Shown one piece after another: positions 1-9,864 of a stretch of 54,520 nucleotides of DNA (the stretch's first letter is position 1; every line of letters begins with the position of its first letter). A program made the position numbers and the translations under genes. The notes beneath the pieces are model-generated. The model saw only the letters and a program-made list of their open reading frames with translations. It searched no databases and was not told the DNA's origin. The DNA is from an uncultured Bacilli bacterium (GTDB taxonomy: Bacteria > Bacillota_I > Bacilli_A > RF39 > UBA660): the NCBI GenBank assembly GCA_944358545.1, contig CALVRJ010000004.1, positions 1 to 54,520 on the forward strand, in the 5' to 3' direction.

Positions 1-220
1 CCGGTTGGACCAGTAGCTCCTGTAGCACCTGTTCCAGATGGTCCGGTTGCTCCTGTAGGTCCGGTAGGCCCGGTTGGACCAGTAGCTCCTGTAGCACCTG
101 TTCCAGATGGTCCGGTTGCTCCAGTTGGACCAGTGGCTCCAGTTGGACCAGTAGCTCCGGTAGGTCCAGTTGTTCCAATACCTGTAGGTCCGGTAGGCCC
201 GGTAGGACCAGTTGCTCCGG
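1..220. repeat. Coding tandem repeats (9-nt Gly-X-Thr units, plus a ~53-nt exact duplication at 1 and 70)
   Basis: ccggttggaccagtagctcctgtagcacctgttccagatggtccggttgctcc occurs at 1 and 70; locally GC-rich. Confidence 0.85.
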
Positions 221-437
221 CAGGGATTGAAAAGTTTAAAACAGCAGCTTGATTGGTTCCAGTGTTTGTAACGGTAGCTGCCGTTCCAGGAGTACTTGTA
301 GAGGTTAAACCAACAGCAATCGTTGCTGGTCCGGTAGGTCCAGTGGGCCCAGTTGGTCCTTGAACTGGAAGTTTAGCTTGACAACGTTTTCCTTCTTCGA
401 GTATTTGCTGAATACGGTCTGGTAAACAATCGTTCAT
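1..437 (-). CDS. Collagen-like (GPT/GAT repeat) BclA-type protein, 5' part; runs off the window start
   Basis: Not in the ORF track. The minus strand reads [86 protein letters not shown]..., with AAGGAGG RBS at 443-449 and ATG at 437. Confidence 0.9.
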   Translation of the reverse strand, partial: MNDCLPDRIQQILEEGKRCQAKLPVQGPTGPTGPTGPATIAVGLTSTSTPGTAATVTNTGTNQAAVLNFSIPAGATGPTGPTGPTGIGTTGPTGATGPTGATGPTGATGPSGTGATGATGPTGPTGPTGATGPSGTGATGATGPT

Positions 438-457
438 TTTATCCTCCTTTCTTTATT

Positions 458-484
458 ATTTTATGTAAATTAGGTATTAATGGT
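458..484 (-). promoter_or_regulatory. Putative sigmaK-type promoter of the collagen-like gene
   Basis: Minus strand AC-17 nt-CATAAAAT upstream of the RBS; matches the Bacillus sigmaK consensus AC-(16-18)-CATAnnnT. Confidence 0.45.
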
Positions 485-579
485 TAGTTATTTTAAAATA
501 AAAAACTTATGTTTTTAAAATATTGATGGATTTTTAAATGATTGTTTGGTAAACTGATTATAGTAAAGGAGGCTTAAAA

Positions 580-1815
580 GTGAAAAAAAAGATATTATTT
601 GGCGTATTGATTGTTATTTTACTTATTATAATTATAATGGTGATTATTTATTTAAATAATAGAATTGTTGATGATAATAGTGGTTTTGTATTAAAAAAAG
701 ATTTAACAGCTGAGGTTTATAGTAAGGTTGATCTCGAAGATTATATTAAGAAAATAGATGGCAAGATTATTTCAAAAGATAAGATTAATACAAAAAAGGT
801 TGGCAAGAAAAATGTTAGTTTTATTTACTTAAATGCAGATGATAAAAAAAGACGAGGAACTTTTGAAGTCTCGGTTGTCGATACGGAAAAGCCGTTAGTT
901 TGGCTTAGTAGTAGTTATAGAACACCACTTGGAGAAAATATTGATTTAGAAAATGATGTGATGTGTGTAGATAATTATGATAATAATCCTTCATGCCGGG
1001 TTAAGGGTGATTATGATATAAATACTGAAGGAAGTTATCCTTTGACTTTTGTAGCAAAAGATAGTAGTGGCAATGTTTATTCACAAAGTTTTAATTTAAC
1101 TGTTTATAATCCTGATAATATATCTAGTGAAAAACAAGAGGTTAGTTCACAGACTGAGGAAGAGATTCCAGTGACTAATTTCAGTGATGTTTTGAATAAT
1201 TATAAAGCAGAAAATACAGAGGTTGGTATCGACGTTTCTAAGTATCAAGGGGATATTGATTTTACAAAGGTTAAAAATGCGGGTGCGACTTTTGTAATGA
1301 TTAGAGTAGGGACGCAAAATGGAGTAGGTGGAGATTATCAAATTGATCCTTATTTTGAAGGTAATATTAAAGGTGCTTTAGAGAATGGATTAAAGGTAGG
1401 GGTTTATTTTTATTCTTATGCCGACAGTAATGAGGAAGCTAGAAAGCAAGCTAGGTGGGTTATTAAGCAAATTAAGGATTATGATGTAAGTTTACCAGTA
1501 GTTTTTGATTTTGAAAGTTTTAAATCTTTTAACGAGATGGAACTTAGTATATTTGGTCTTAATGAGATTGCAGATACTTTTATTAAAACTATAGATGATG
1601 CGGGTTATAACGGAGTTTTATATGGAAGCAAGAGTTATTTGAATTCTATTTGGAAATATCATACAGCTCCGGTTTGGCTTGCACATTATACTGATGAAAC
1701 AGATTATACTGGCGATTATTTTATTTGGCAGATGTGTGATGATGGTGTTATCGATGGGATTGACGGTTATGTTGACATTGATGTACTTTATAAAAATAAA
1801 ATGAAAAAAAGTTGA
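580..1815 (+). CDS. Membrane-anchored GH25 muramidase with N-terminal Ig-like domains
   Basis: N-terminal TM helix; Ig-like segment (GDYDINTEGSYPLTFVAKDSSGN); GH25 motifs GIDVSKYQG, VFDFE, IWQ..DDG.IDGIDGYVDID. Confidence 0.9.
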   Translation: MKKKILFGVLIVILLIIIIMVIIYLNNRIVDDNSGFVLKKDLTAEVYSKVDLEDYIKKIDGKIISKDKINTKKVGKKNVSFIYLNADDKKRRGTFEVSVVDTEKPLVWLSSSYRTPLGENIDLENDVMCVDNYDNNPSCRVKGDYDINTEGSYPLTFVAKDSSGNVYSQSFNLTVYNPDNISSEKQEVSSQTEEEIPVTNFSDVLNNYKAENTEVGIDVSKYQGDIDFTKVKNAGATFVMIRVGTQNGVGGDYQIDPYFEGNIKGALENGLKVGVYFYSYADSNEEARKQARWVIKQIKDYDVSLPVVFDFESFKSFNEMELSIFGLNEIADTFIKTIDDAGYNGVLYGSKSYLNSIWKYHTAPVWLAHYTDETDYTGDYFIWQMCDDGVIDGIDGYVDIDVLYKNKMKKS

Positions 1816-2132
1816 TTTGGCAATATAGTGATATCGTTTTGATGCCGGGTGAAAATCATTCTGAGTGGTCTGTACGTATAGCAAATAGTATATTGAATAT
1901 CATAAATGATTTGAGTCATAATGTTCAGTCAATAAACGTAACACATCGTGGTGCAATTTTTGAAATTCAAAAAATAATTGAAATGGTTAATGGTTATATA
2001 CAGATAAATCAAGTTGAAAAATACGAAACTTCATGGATGCCTTATTGTAAGGATTATATATTACATATAGATGATTTAAAGTCAGCAAAAATTCTTACAA
2101 AAAAATATATTTATCAAAGGAGTAAGAAATGA
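1812..2132 (+). pseudogene. C-terminal fragment of a histidine phosphatase (PGM-family) protein
   Basis: Has PGEN..E...R and INVTHRGAI but lacks the N-terminal RHG motif; TTG start without RBS; in-frame TAA at 1797. Confidence 0.55.
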
Positions 2133-3226
2133 AAATAATTATTAATCAACCTCGTTCTTCTTATTTTGTTGGTGGTGCTGAAATGATTTCTTTTAATCAT
2201 GCAATTAATTTTTTAGAACAAGGGCATGAAGTTTACTATTTTACGATATTGCCAAGTAGTATTGGATTAAAGTATTCGTCTCAGTTTAAAGCATTTTATA
2301 AAAAATATCATAATAAAATTAATATTATTGAAATTAAGCAAGATGAGAGCGTTAAATATATTTATAAAATTCAACCTGGAGAAGATAGGTGTAGATGGAA
2401 TATCGAATCTATTTTTTATAATCAGAAAATGTATGAGTATATTTCTGAGCATGGTGTGAGATATGATGTTGTTTTTTCTTATTATATATTGGATGCTGTA
2501 TTTGTTCCGAGAGAATTAGTTCAAAAGAATGTTTTATATTTGTGTGGGACTCCTAAACAACAGAATGATTTTCAAGGAAGCTTTTTGTCAGCATATGATG
2601 TTGTTATTGCAATTTCTCAAAATGTGAAGACTTCTTGGAAAAAATATTATAATAAAAATATGAGTGTAATTTCAACCGGTATTGATTGTGACAAATTTGC
2701 ATTAAAGATATTTCCGATAAAGGAAACTGAGTATATAACGGTTTTATATGTTGGACGCCTCATATCTAGAAAAAATGTAGATAAAATAATTTATGCTTTT
2801 GAAAAATTATATAAGAAGTATAGGTTAAGATTACTTATAGTTGGTGATGGTCCAGACAGAGAACATTTGGAGAGTATTTCTAGGCATGTGGAATTTATTG
2901 GTACTGTGGCAAATACAGAAACTTTTTATAAGCAGTCAGATATTTTTGTTTCTCCCTCTGAATATGGTGAAGGACTTCAGGGTTCTGTTCTTGAAGCAAT
3001 GAGTTGTGGCTTAACAGTAGTTGCGACTAAAACTCAAATAAATATGCAATTATTAACAGACGGACGAGGTTTTGTTGTAGCTCCAACAGTTGAATCTGTT
3101 ATAGCCGGAATTGAAGAAGCTATTAAAGCAGATAGGAAAGAAATAGCAAAAAAATGTCGAAATTATGTTGTTGAAAATTATGATTGGAAAAATAAGGTTA
3201 ATGAAATATGGGAGGTAATAAAATGA
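2129..3226 (+). CDS. Glycosyltransferase family 4
   Basis: GGAE, YVGRL..RKN, IVGDGP, EGL..SVLEAMSCG motifs. Confidence 0.92.
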   Translation: MKIIINQPRSSYFVGGAEMISFNHAINFLEQGHEVYYFTILPSSIGLKYSSQFKAFYKKYHNKINIIEIKQDESVKYIYKIQPGEDRCRWNIESIFYNQKMYEYISEHGVRYDVVFSYYILDAVFVPRELVQKNVLYLCGTPKQQNDFQGSFLSAYDVVIAISQNVKTSWKKYYNKNMSVISTGIDCDKFALKIFPIKETEYITVLYVGRLISRKNVDKIIYAFEKLYKKYRLRLLIVGDGPDREHLESISRHVEFIGTVANTETFYKQSDIFVSPSEYGEGLQGSVLEAMSCGLTVVATKTQINMQLLTDGRGFVVAPTVESVIAGIEEAIKADRKEIAKKCRNYVVENYDWKNKVNEIWEVIK

Positions 3227-4800
3227 ATATAATTTTTATGAGACATGGAGAGGCGACAGATAATGTTAAGGAATTAATTTCGGATAAAGAAATATATTGG
3301 TCAGTACTTACGGAAAATGGTAAAAAAACAGTTTTAGAATCGGTGAATGCTTTACCAAAAAATATTGATAAAATTTATGTTTCACCTTTCCCGAGAACTG
3401 TTGAAACTGCTCATTTTGTTTTTGAAAAATATCCTAATATAGAAGTAATTATAGAAAAGAGATTACATGAAATATATTACGGAAAATATTCTGGTCAAAA
3501 AAACAACGAAGAACTTGATCAAACAAGAGTAAAACAAATCGCAGGAGATTATTTTACACGATTTGGTGAATATGGTGAGAATAAATTTGATATAGAAACT
3601 AGGTTATGTGATTTTTTAAGTGATGTATATGCTAATAATTTTAATGATAACACTATTTTAATTGTTTCACATGGTTCTATTACGTCTTATATGAAAAGAA
3701 TTTTAAAAATAAAATCTCCACATATTAAAACTGGTAAAATAGAGGAATTTGTCAATGTTGATTTTTCTCCTTTATTTAAGCATTTACAATTATTAAAAAG
3801 TATAAAGATACAATGCATACGAGAAAGAACCAAAATGGTTAAATCGCTAAATGTTAATGACAAATTAAAAGCAAATATGATGAAAATTGCGAAAGATTTT
3901 AATAATATAGAGTTTTCTGAAAGTTATTTTTCAAATTTTATAAGTGGAATAAAGACAAATAATTTAGTTCAAAGAAAATTTTCTGAATTTGATGACGGAA
4001 TAATTTTAATATGTTTTTATAATAATTTTGAAAATTTTGCTCAAAAATGGATGGACCATTATCTTAGTATAGGAATTAAAAATTTTGTTTTGGTGGATAA
4101 TAATTCTACAGATAATTCAACCAAAATTTTAGAAACATATGATGAAAAGGCAAATATATCCTTTTGGAAAATAAACGAACAATATAATTGTTATAAAATG
4201 TGTGGCATGAAGCAACAGATTTTGGAATATTATGGTTCTGGGAGAAAGTATCTAATTGTAGATTCTGATGAATTATTTATATATGAGAATTATCGAAATG
4301 TTTTATTTGATGAGTATGTGGTAAAAAACAAAATATCATTTATTAAAAGTTTAATGTTAGATGTTTATACTAATAAAAATATTTTTGATGGGAAACTTGA
4401 TGATTTTAAATTTGTTGATAAAGGTACATATAGAATAACTAGTACAGTTCCTTATAGCCAACGTTTTTATGGTGGCCCTAGAACTAGAATTTTTGGAATA
4501 ACTCCTAGCTTACAAAAAATACCATTCATTTCATACTCGGGTAGCGAAATTTTAGCAAATGACCATTATTATTATCCATGGAACATAAATAATAAAGCGA
4601 AATATTGTTCATATTTACTTCATTATAAATTTTTGCCGGGTGATAGGAAAAAATACGAAATGTTTGTGAAAGATGAAAGGCACTGGAATAATTCACGCGA
4701 ATATAAAATTTATCAAGATGTATTATTAAGAAATCCAAAAACTTGCTTTTATGATAATGATATATCAATTTCTATTGATAAGATAGATTTTAAGTTTTAA
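3223..4800 (+). CDS. Histidine phosphatase fused to a GT2-like (GT-A) domain
   Basis: MRHGE, SPF.RT.ETA, IVSHG; C-half has HYLSIGIKNFVLVDNNSTD, VDSDE, LLHYKF. Start moved to ATG 3223 (GGAGG RBS, ATGA overlap). Confidence 0.85.
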   Translation: MNIIFMRHGEATDNVKELISDKEIYWSVLTENGKKTVLESVNALPKNIDKIYVSPFPRTVETAHFVFEKYPNIEVIIEKRLHEIYYGKYSGQKNNEELDQTRVKQIAGDYFTRFGEYGENKFDIETRLCDFLSDVYANNFNDNTILIVSHGSITSYMKRILKIKSPHIKTGKIEEFVNVDFSPLFKHLQLLKSIKIQCIRERTKMVKSLNVNDKLKANMMKIAKDFNNIEFSESYFSNFISGIKTNNLVQRKFSEFDDGIILICFYNNFENFAQKWMDHYLSIGIKNFVLVDNNSTDNSTKILETYDEKANISFWKINEQYNCYKMCGMKQQILEYYGSGRKYLIVDSDELFIYENYRNVLFDEYVVKNKISFIKSLMLDVYTNKNIFDGKLDDFKFVDKGTYRITSTVPYSQRFYGGPRTRIFGITPSLQKIPFISYSGSEILANDHYYYPWNINNKAKYCSYLLHYKFLPGDRKKYEMFVKDERHWNNSREYKIYQDVLLRNPKTCFYDNDISISIDKIDFKF

Positions 4801-4819
4801 TCTTTTTTTGGAGGTAGTT

Positions 4820-5455
4820 ATGAAATATTTAATATTAAAAGACAAGAAAAAAATTAAAAGTATAATTAACTACTTAATTAGTATAGAATCTCTTCCTAAG
4901 ATACAAAGACGATTGAATATTTTTCCAGTAGATGATACATTTCAAATTGAAATTTTAAATAATAGGGTCAGTTATAGACGAGGAAATAGGAAGAAAGCTA
5001 TTTTTATTGAAAATAAAAATCTTAAATATTTTTTTAAAACCTTAGATAATTCGAAAGAATATTATATTAATGATATTTCTTTTTTAAGATTTAATAATTG
5101 TTCTTTATTGTTTGATACTTATCATGGTACTATAATTTCTGTGGAAAGTGAACAATTATGTCAAAATCTTGAGAGAAAATTTAAACTAACACATTATGAT
5201 AATATTAATGACCATAAATTTATTGTTAATCCTAAATCTGAGCATTTATTTGATGAAGTTGGCGTTTTAAATTCGAAAATAAGAAATTATGGAATTAAAA
5301 CGGGATTGGATATTCGTTCGACTAGTACTTCTTTAAAAGTTAGGCTGTCAAATATGTCTAATGATTATTCTTACTTGGAATATTATTATGAGAATATAAT
5401 GAATCATCACTTGTTATCTACTGTTTCTCATCAAAAAAAGAATGTTCAATTGTAA
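4820..5455 (+). CDS. Hypothetical protein; probable N-terminal domain of a frameshifted fusion with the downstream GT2
   Basis: GGAGG RBS before ATG 4820; ends just after an A7 run; the -1 frame is open into the GT2 ORF. Confidence 0.6.
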   Translation: MKYLILKDKKKIKSIINYLISIESLPKIQRRLNIFPVDDTFQIEILNNRVSYRRGNRKKAIFIENKNLKYFFKTLDNSKEYYINDISFLRFNNCSLLFDTYHGTIISVESEQLCQNLERKFKLTHYDNINDHKFIVNPKSEHLFDEVGVLNSKIRNYGIKTGLDIRSTSTSLKVRLSNMSNDYSYLEYYYENIMNHHLLSTVSHQKKNVQL

Positions 5456-5457
5456 AT

Positions 5458-6309
5458 ATGAGTATAATAATTCCTGTGTATAATCAAGATGTAACATATA
5501 CTTTATTATCTATACAGGGGCAAAATTTATCAAAAGATGATAAGAAAAAACTTCAAGTTATTGTTGTTGATGATGGTTCGGAAAATGATGTTATAAGTGA
5601 AATTAATAAAATTAAAAGCAAGTTAGATTTTGAATTGCAAATAATTTCGCTTGAAGATAATATGGGATTGTTTAACGCAAGAAATGTTGGATTCGCAATT
5701 TCTAAATATAATCAAGTTCTTTTTATTGATTCAGATATAATTTTAAGTAAAAATTATATATATGATATGAATATAAGAATTCAATTGATACCCAATGCTA
5801 TATTTACTTGTATGAGAAAAAATATTGATAAAAATTCTAGTATTTTAGAGACAGGTAACTTGTTATTAGGTATTGATTCTAGTACTGATTTTGACGATAG
5901 TAGAGTTATTACTAAAGGAAAGGATTATCACATTGGATGTGATAAAGCATATGTAAATGAAGAGCTTTCTATATTAGACGATACAGATTATTTTAAGGAA
6001 TTGAGTTTTGGTTCACAAATAGGTATTTATAATATTGCTACTGTAGTATCCGGGCATAATATTGCTTTAAATAAGTCATTAATAAAATCTTCAACGCCAT
6101 TTAGTTCAAAATTTAAAGGATGGGGTATGGAAGATGCATATTTCTCCGCTAAATTGATATCGGAGGGTTGTTATGTTATTCCGGTTTTATCATCATGCGT
6201 TTATCATATTAACCATTTGCCAAGAAGCGGAAGCATAGAGCAAAAAAATAAAGAAGCCTATAATAATTACAACATTTATAACGAATTATTAAACCAACCA
6301 TGGAAATGA
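5458..6309 (+). CDS. Glycosyltransferase family 2
   Basis: SIIIPVYN, VIVVDDGS, ARNVG, FIDSD, FKGWGMED; no clear RBS of its own. Confidence 0.9.
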   Translation: MSIIIPVYNQDVTYTLLSIQGQNLSKDDKKKLQVIVVDDGSENDVISEINKIKSKLDFELQIISLEDNMGLFNARNVGFAISKYNQVLFIDSDIILSKNYIYDMNIRIQLIPNAIFTCMRKNIDKNSSILETGNLLLGIDSSTDFDDSRVITKGKDYHIGCDKAYVNEELSILDDTDYFKELSFGSQIGIYNIATVVSGHNIALNKSLIKSSTPFSSKFKGWGMEDAYFSAKLISEGCYVIPVLSSCVYHINHLPRSGSIEQKNKEAYNNYNIYNELLNQPWK

Positions 6310-6459
6310 TAAATTCATATATAATAATTTTGCTTTTGGGTTAATTATTATAATGGTAAATTAAATTATATCAATGTGCAGTTTTTCATGCTCTTTTAAA
6401 AAACGCTTTATTTTTAGAGTATTGTAGTTAATATTACTTTTATTACAATTAGAAAAATA

Positions 6460-6838
6460 AATAGTTTATACAAAAGAATATATAGATAGAAAGGAATTAA
6501 TCAAGGAATTAAATATATTTTATATGCTTGATTATATGAAAAATTATATGGATTTATTTAAGGAGTATTTTAAAGGTTCATTATATAAAGATATATTTAA
6601 TTCTACAAATGATTATTGTTTAGTTGTTTTATATGTTTTTGTTGGATATCCAGAGCATCAAACTATGACTCGATTTATGTATCCCAATATAAAACTAAAA
6701 AAAACTTTAAAGCCAATTGAAACTAAGAAAAAATACGAGAAAGAAATTTTAAAAATATAATGTAAAATATGATTTGTTCGTCTATATGGATTAGATATAT
6801 TAGAAGAAATTGTGATTGAAGATAAGATGAAAAAATAG
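6460..6838 (+). pseudogene. Degraded gene remnant of unknown family
   Basis: The reading frame extends upstream of the tracked ATG (YTKEYIDRKELIKELNIFYMLDY...) to a stop, and protein-like sequence continues past stops after 6760. Confidence 0.4.
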
Positions 6839-6857
6839 TTAATTTGCCAATATTTGA

Positions 6858-6887
6858 TTGTACAAATTCATATAAATATGTTATAAT
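6858..6887 (+). promoter_or_regulatory. sigmaA promoter of rpsB
   Basis: TTGTAC-18-TATAAT with TG extension (TGtTATAAT at 6879-6887). Confidence 0.65.
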
Positions 6888-6904
6888 AGCCTTGGCTTTT
6901 TTAA

Positions 6905-6985
6905 AAACACATGAATACGGATTTTCGAGCCTAGTGCCTATTTCATAGGTGGTGCGATTTTGAAGTGTTCAGAGGATAATAACAA
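6905..6985 (+). ncRNA. rpsB 5' leader (S2 autoregulatory / t44-like structure)
   Basis: Position upstream of rpsB; basal stem TGAATAC (6912-6918) / GTGTTCA (6965-6971) and internal hairpin CCTAT..ATAGG. Confidence 0.55.
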
Positions 6986-7000
6986 AAGGAGGATGAGAGA

Positions 7001-8059
7001 ATGGCCGTTGTGTCAATGACTAATTTATTAGAGGCTGGTGTTCATTTTGGACATCAAACTAAAAGATGGAATCCAAAAATGAAGGAATACATCTTTACTG
7101 CAAGAGATGATATTTATATTATCGATTTACAAAAAACTGCAAAGAAAATCGAAGAAGCTTATGCAGCTTTAAAAGAAATTGCTGCTAATGGTGGAAAGGT
7201 TTTATTTGTAGGTACAAGAAAACAGGCTCAAGAAGCTGTAAAAGAAGAAGCTTTAAGAACTGATTCATTTTATGTTAATGAAAGATGGCTTGGTGGAACT
7301 TTAACTAACTTTAAGACTATTAGAAGAAGAGTTAAAAGACTTGAACAAATTGAGAAGATGGAAAAAGATGGAGTATTCGATCTTTTACCTAAAAAAGAAG
7401 TTGTTCATATTAAAAAAGAATATGCTAAGTTAAACAAATTACTTGCCGGTATTAGAAATATGTACAAATTACCACAAGCTTTATATATTGTTGATCCTTC
7501 AAAAGAAGAGATTGCAATTAGAGAAGCTAGAAAATTACATATTCCAGTATTTGGTATTGTTGATACTAACTGTGATCCTGATATGGTTGATTATGTAATT
7601 CCTGGTAATGATGATGCAATTAGAGCTGTTAAATTAATTACTGGTGTTATGGGTAATGCGATTGCTGAAGCTAATGGTGGAAAGTTAGTTGATTATGTAA
7701 GTGGCGATGGTCACAGAGAAGAAAAAGGCGAAGATATTATGAAGAGAGCCTTAGAAACTGTTAAGAAAAAAGAAGACAGAAAGCCAAGATTTGACCGTAA
7801 GGATAGAAAACCTTTCAATAAATCATCTGATAATAAATCATCTGAAAAAAGTGAAGCTCAACCTAAAAAAGTTCAAAAGACTGAAGAGAAACCTTCAGTA
7901 AAAGAAGAAGTCAAAGAAGTTCAGGCAGAAGAAACTAAAAAAGCCGATGTAGATTTATCTACAAAAAATGTAGCTGAACTTCGTGAAATGGCAAAAGAAA
8001 AAGGACTTAAAGGTTATTCAACAATGAAAAAAGCTGATCTTATTGAAGCTTTAAAATAG
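7001..8059 (+). CDS. rpsB: 30S ribosomal protein S2 with long C-terminal extension
   Basis: [45 protein letters not shown]. Confidence 0.99.
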   Translation: MAVVSMTNLLEAGVHFGHQTKRWNPKMKEYIFTARDDIYIIDLQKTAKKIEEAYAALKEIAANGGKVLFVGTRKQAQEAVKEEALRTDSFYVNERWLGGTLTNFKTIRRRVKRLEQIEKMEKDGVFDLLPKKEVVHIKKEYAKLNKLLAGIRNMYKLPQALYIVDPSKEEIAIREARKLHIPVFGIVDTNCDPDMVDYVIPGNDDAIRAVKLITGVMGNAIAEANGGKLVDYVSGDGHREEKGEDIMKRALETVKKKEDRKPRFDRKDRKPFNKSSDNKSSEKSEAQPKKVQKTEEKPSVKEEVKEVQAEETKKADVDLSTKNVAELREMAKEKGLKGYSTMKKADLIEALK

Positions 8060-8064
8060 TTAAC

Positions 8065-8091
8065 AAAAGATGATTTAAAATCATCTTTTTT
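8065..8091 (+). terminator. Hairpin plus T-run between rpsB and tsf
   Basis: AAAAGATGATTT/AAATCATCTTTT inverted repeat followed by T's. Confidence 0.65.
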
Positions 8092-8114
8092 AAATAAAAA
8101 AGGAGAGTAGAAAA

Positions 8115-8984
8115 ATGGTAAGTGCAAGTTTAGTAAAAGAACTTAGAGAGAAGACAGGAGCAGGAATGCTTGACTGTAAAAAAGCTTTAGAAGCTAACGA
8201 TGGAAATATCGAAGCATCTATCGATTGGCTTAGAGAAAAAGGTATTTCTAAAGCTGCTAAAAAAAGTGATAGAATTGCTGCAGAAGGAATTGCTTCTATT
8301 TTAGTTGACGGTAATGATGCTGTTATTTTGGAAATGAATTCAGAAACTGATTTCGTTGCTCAAAATGAAAAATTTAAAGAACTTGTTGCAAGTGTGTTAA
8401 AAGCTATTATTAAAAGTGATGCAAAAACTGTAGAAGAAGCTTTAGCTTTACCTTGCGAAGATGGAACAGTTAATGATTTAATTATTTCTAAAACTGCAAC
8501 TATTGGTGAAAAACTTTCTTTAAGAAGATTTGCCAAAGTTACTAAAGGTGATAATGAAACATTTGGTTCTTACATTCATATGGGTGGTAAAATTGCCGTA
8601 CTTATTGTAACTGAAAACACTTCAGAAGAAGTAGCTAAAGATGTAGCAATGCACGCTGCTGCAATGAGACCTAAATATGTTAAGACTACTGATGTTCCAG
8701 CAGAAGAGGTTGCTAGAGAGGAAGAAGTTTTAAAAGAACAAGCTGTTAATGAAGGTAAACCTGCCGAGATTGCTGAAAAAATGGTTAAGGGTAGAATTAA
8801 TAAGTTCTATAAAGAAATTTGTCTTGAAGAACAACCATTTGTTAAAGATGGAGACATCAATGTTAAAACTTATGTTAAGAACAATGGTGGCGAGATTAAG
8901 GCAATGTACCGTTATGAAGTAGGCGAAGGTATGGAAAAAAGAGAAGAAAATTTTGCTGAAGAAGTAGCTAAACAAATGAAATAA
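8115..8984 (+). CDS. tsf: Elongation factor Ts
   Basis: [29 protein letters not shown]. Confidence 0.99.
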   Translation: MVSASLVKELREKTGAGMLDCKKALEANDGNIEASIDWLREKGISKAAKKSDRIAAEGIASILVDGNDAVILEMNSETDFVAQNEKFKELVASVLKAIIKSDAKTVEEALALPCEDGTVNDLIISKTATIGEKLSLRRFAKVTKGDNETFGSYIHMGGKIAVLIVTENTSEEVAKDVAMHAAAMRPKYVKTTDVPAEEVAREEEVLKEQAVNEGKPAEIAEKMVKGRINKFYKEICLEEQPFVKDGDINVKTYVKNNGGEIKAMYRYEVGEGMEKREENFAEEVAKQMK

Positions 8985-9008
8985 GTATCTTAAAGGATAC
9001 TTTTTTTG
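8983..9008 (+). terminator. Intrinsic terminator of rpsB-tsf
   Basis: AAGTATCT/GGATACTT stem followed by a T-run. Confidence 0.7.
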
Positions 9009-9115
9009 TAAATTAAAAATTTATAGTAAATATTTAATAATAGTTAAGCATAATATTATAGTTTAATAAAATATTATGATGGTGATATACTTTCTATAAA
9101 GCAAGGTTGTTATAT

Positions 9116-9446
9116 ATGGAAGCAATTAGTATGATAAGTATTCAAGTTGATTCTAGCAATAAAGAAATAGCTAATAAGATTTCGAAAAATCTTGGACTTA
9201 ATATGAGTACTTTTGTAAATATGGTAATAAAACAATTGATTTATACTAATGGTTTTCCTTTTTGATGTTAAAATTCCCAGACCTAGTAAGGAACTTTTGG
9301 TTGCTTTAGAGGAAGGTGAAGACATTTTAAATGGTGATGTAGAGGCAAAAGAATATCATAATATTAATGATTTACTTGAGAATTTGAAAAATAAGTTGAA
9401 TACTGTAACAGATACAAAATATGAGATAAAATATACAAGTAAATAA
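9116..9446 (+). pseudogene. RelB/DinJ-family antitoxin, frameshifted
   Basis: MEAISMISIQVDSSNKEIANKISKNLGLNMSTFVNMVIKQLIYTNGFPF, then one extra T in the run at 9259-9263; continues DVKIPRPSKELLVALEE..YHNINDLLENL. Confidence 0.85.
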
Positions 9447-9672
9447 AAAAATAATTTAAGTAAATGTTAAAGCAAGGAAAAAACGAAAAGAATTTTTCAG
9501 AAGTTTTAGAATATTTGGCTAATGAAAAAGAACTACCAGAATAGTATAGAAATTATACTTTGTTTGATAGCAAAAAATATTTAAAATGTTGTGAATGTCA
9601 TATTGAACTAGATTGGTTACTTGTATATAAAATAAAATGATGAATTAATATTATTATTTTTGGCTACTTTTT
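9410..9672 (+). pseudogene. YafQ-family mRNA interferase toxin, multiply disrupted
   Basis: Across stops and frameshifts: YEIKYTSK*..KQGKNEKNFSEVLEYLANEKELPE*YRNYTL...CECHIELDWLLVYK..ELILLFLAT (YafQ ECHI.PDWLL.Y motif). Confidence 0.85.
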
Positions 9673-9725
9673 CAGCAGCCTCATTTTTTACTTTGTTTTT
9701 TAGTTAAAAATTTTATTTTATATAG

Positions 9726-9815
9726 TTATCTATGAAAAACGTGATATTTTCTGTGATTTTATCTATGAAAAACGTGATATTTTTTACAATTTTATCTATG
9801 AAAAATGTGTGATTA
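9726..9815. repeat. Three direct repeats with exact 33-bp period
   Basis: TTATCTATGAAAAACGTGATATTTT at 9726 and 9759; degenerate third copy TTATCTATGAAAAATGTG at 9792. Confidence 0.92.
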
Positions 9816-9864
9816 ATTTTCTTTTTAACTTTTAAAATGTTAATATAAATATAGGTGATTATCT

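Noticed and set aside
1801-1815. -1 frameshift at A7 fusing GH25 to the phosphatase fragment
   Set aside because: The GH25 domain is already complete and extracellular; a deletion or insertion junction is the simpler explanation.
9249-9446. 65-aa ORF as an independent gene
   Set aside because: It is the out-of-frame 3' half of the DinJ-like pseudogene running into the YafQ remnant.
9726-9815. CRISPR array interpretation of the triple repeat
   Set aside because: The variable part is only ~8 nt, the period is 33 bp, the repeat is not palindromic and no cas genes are present.
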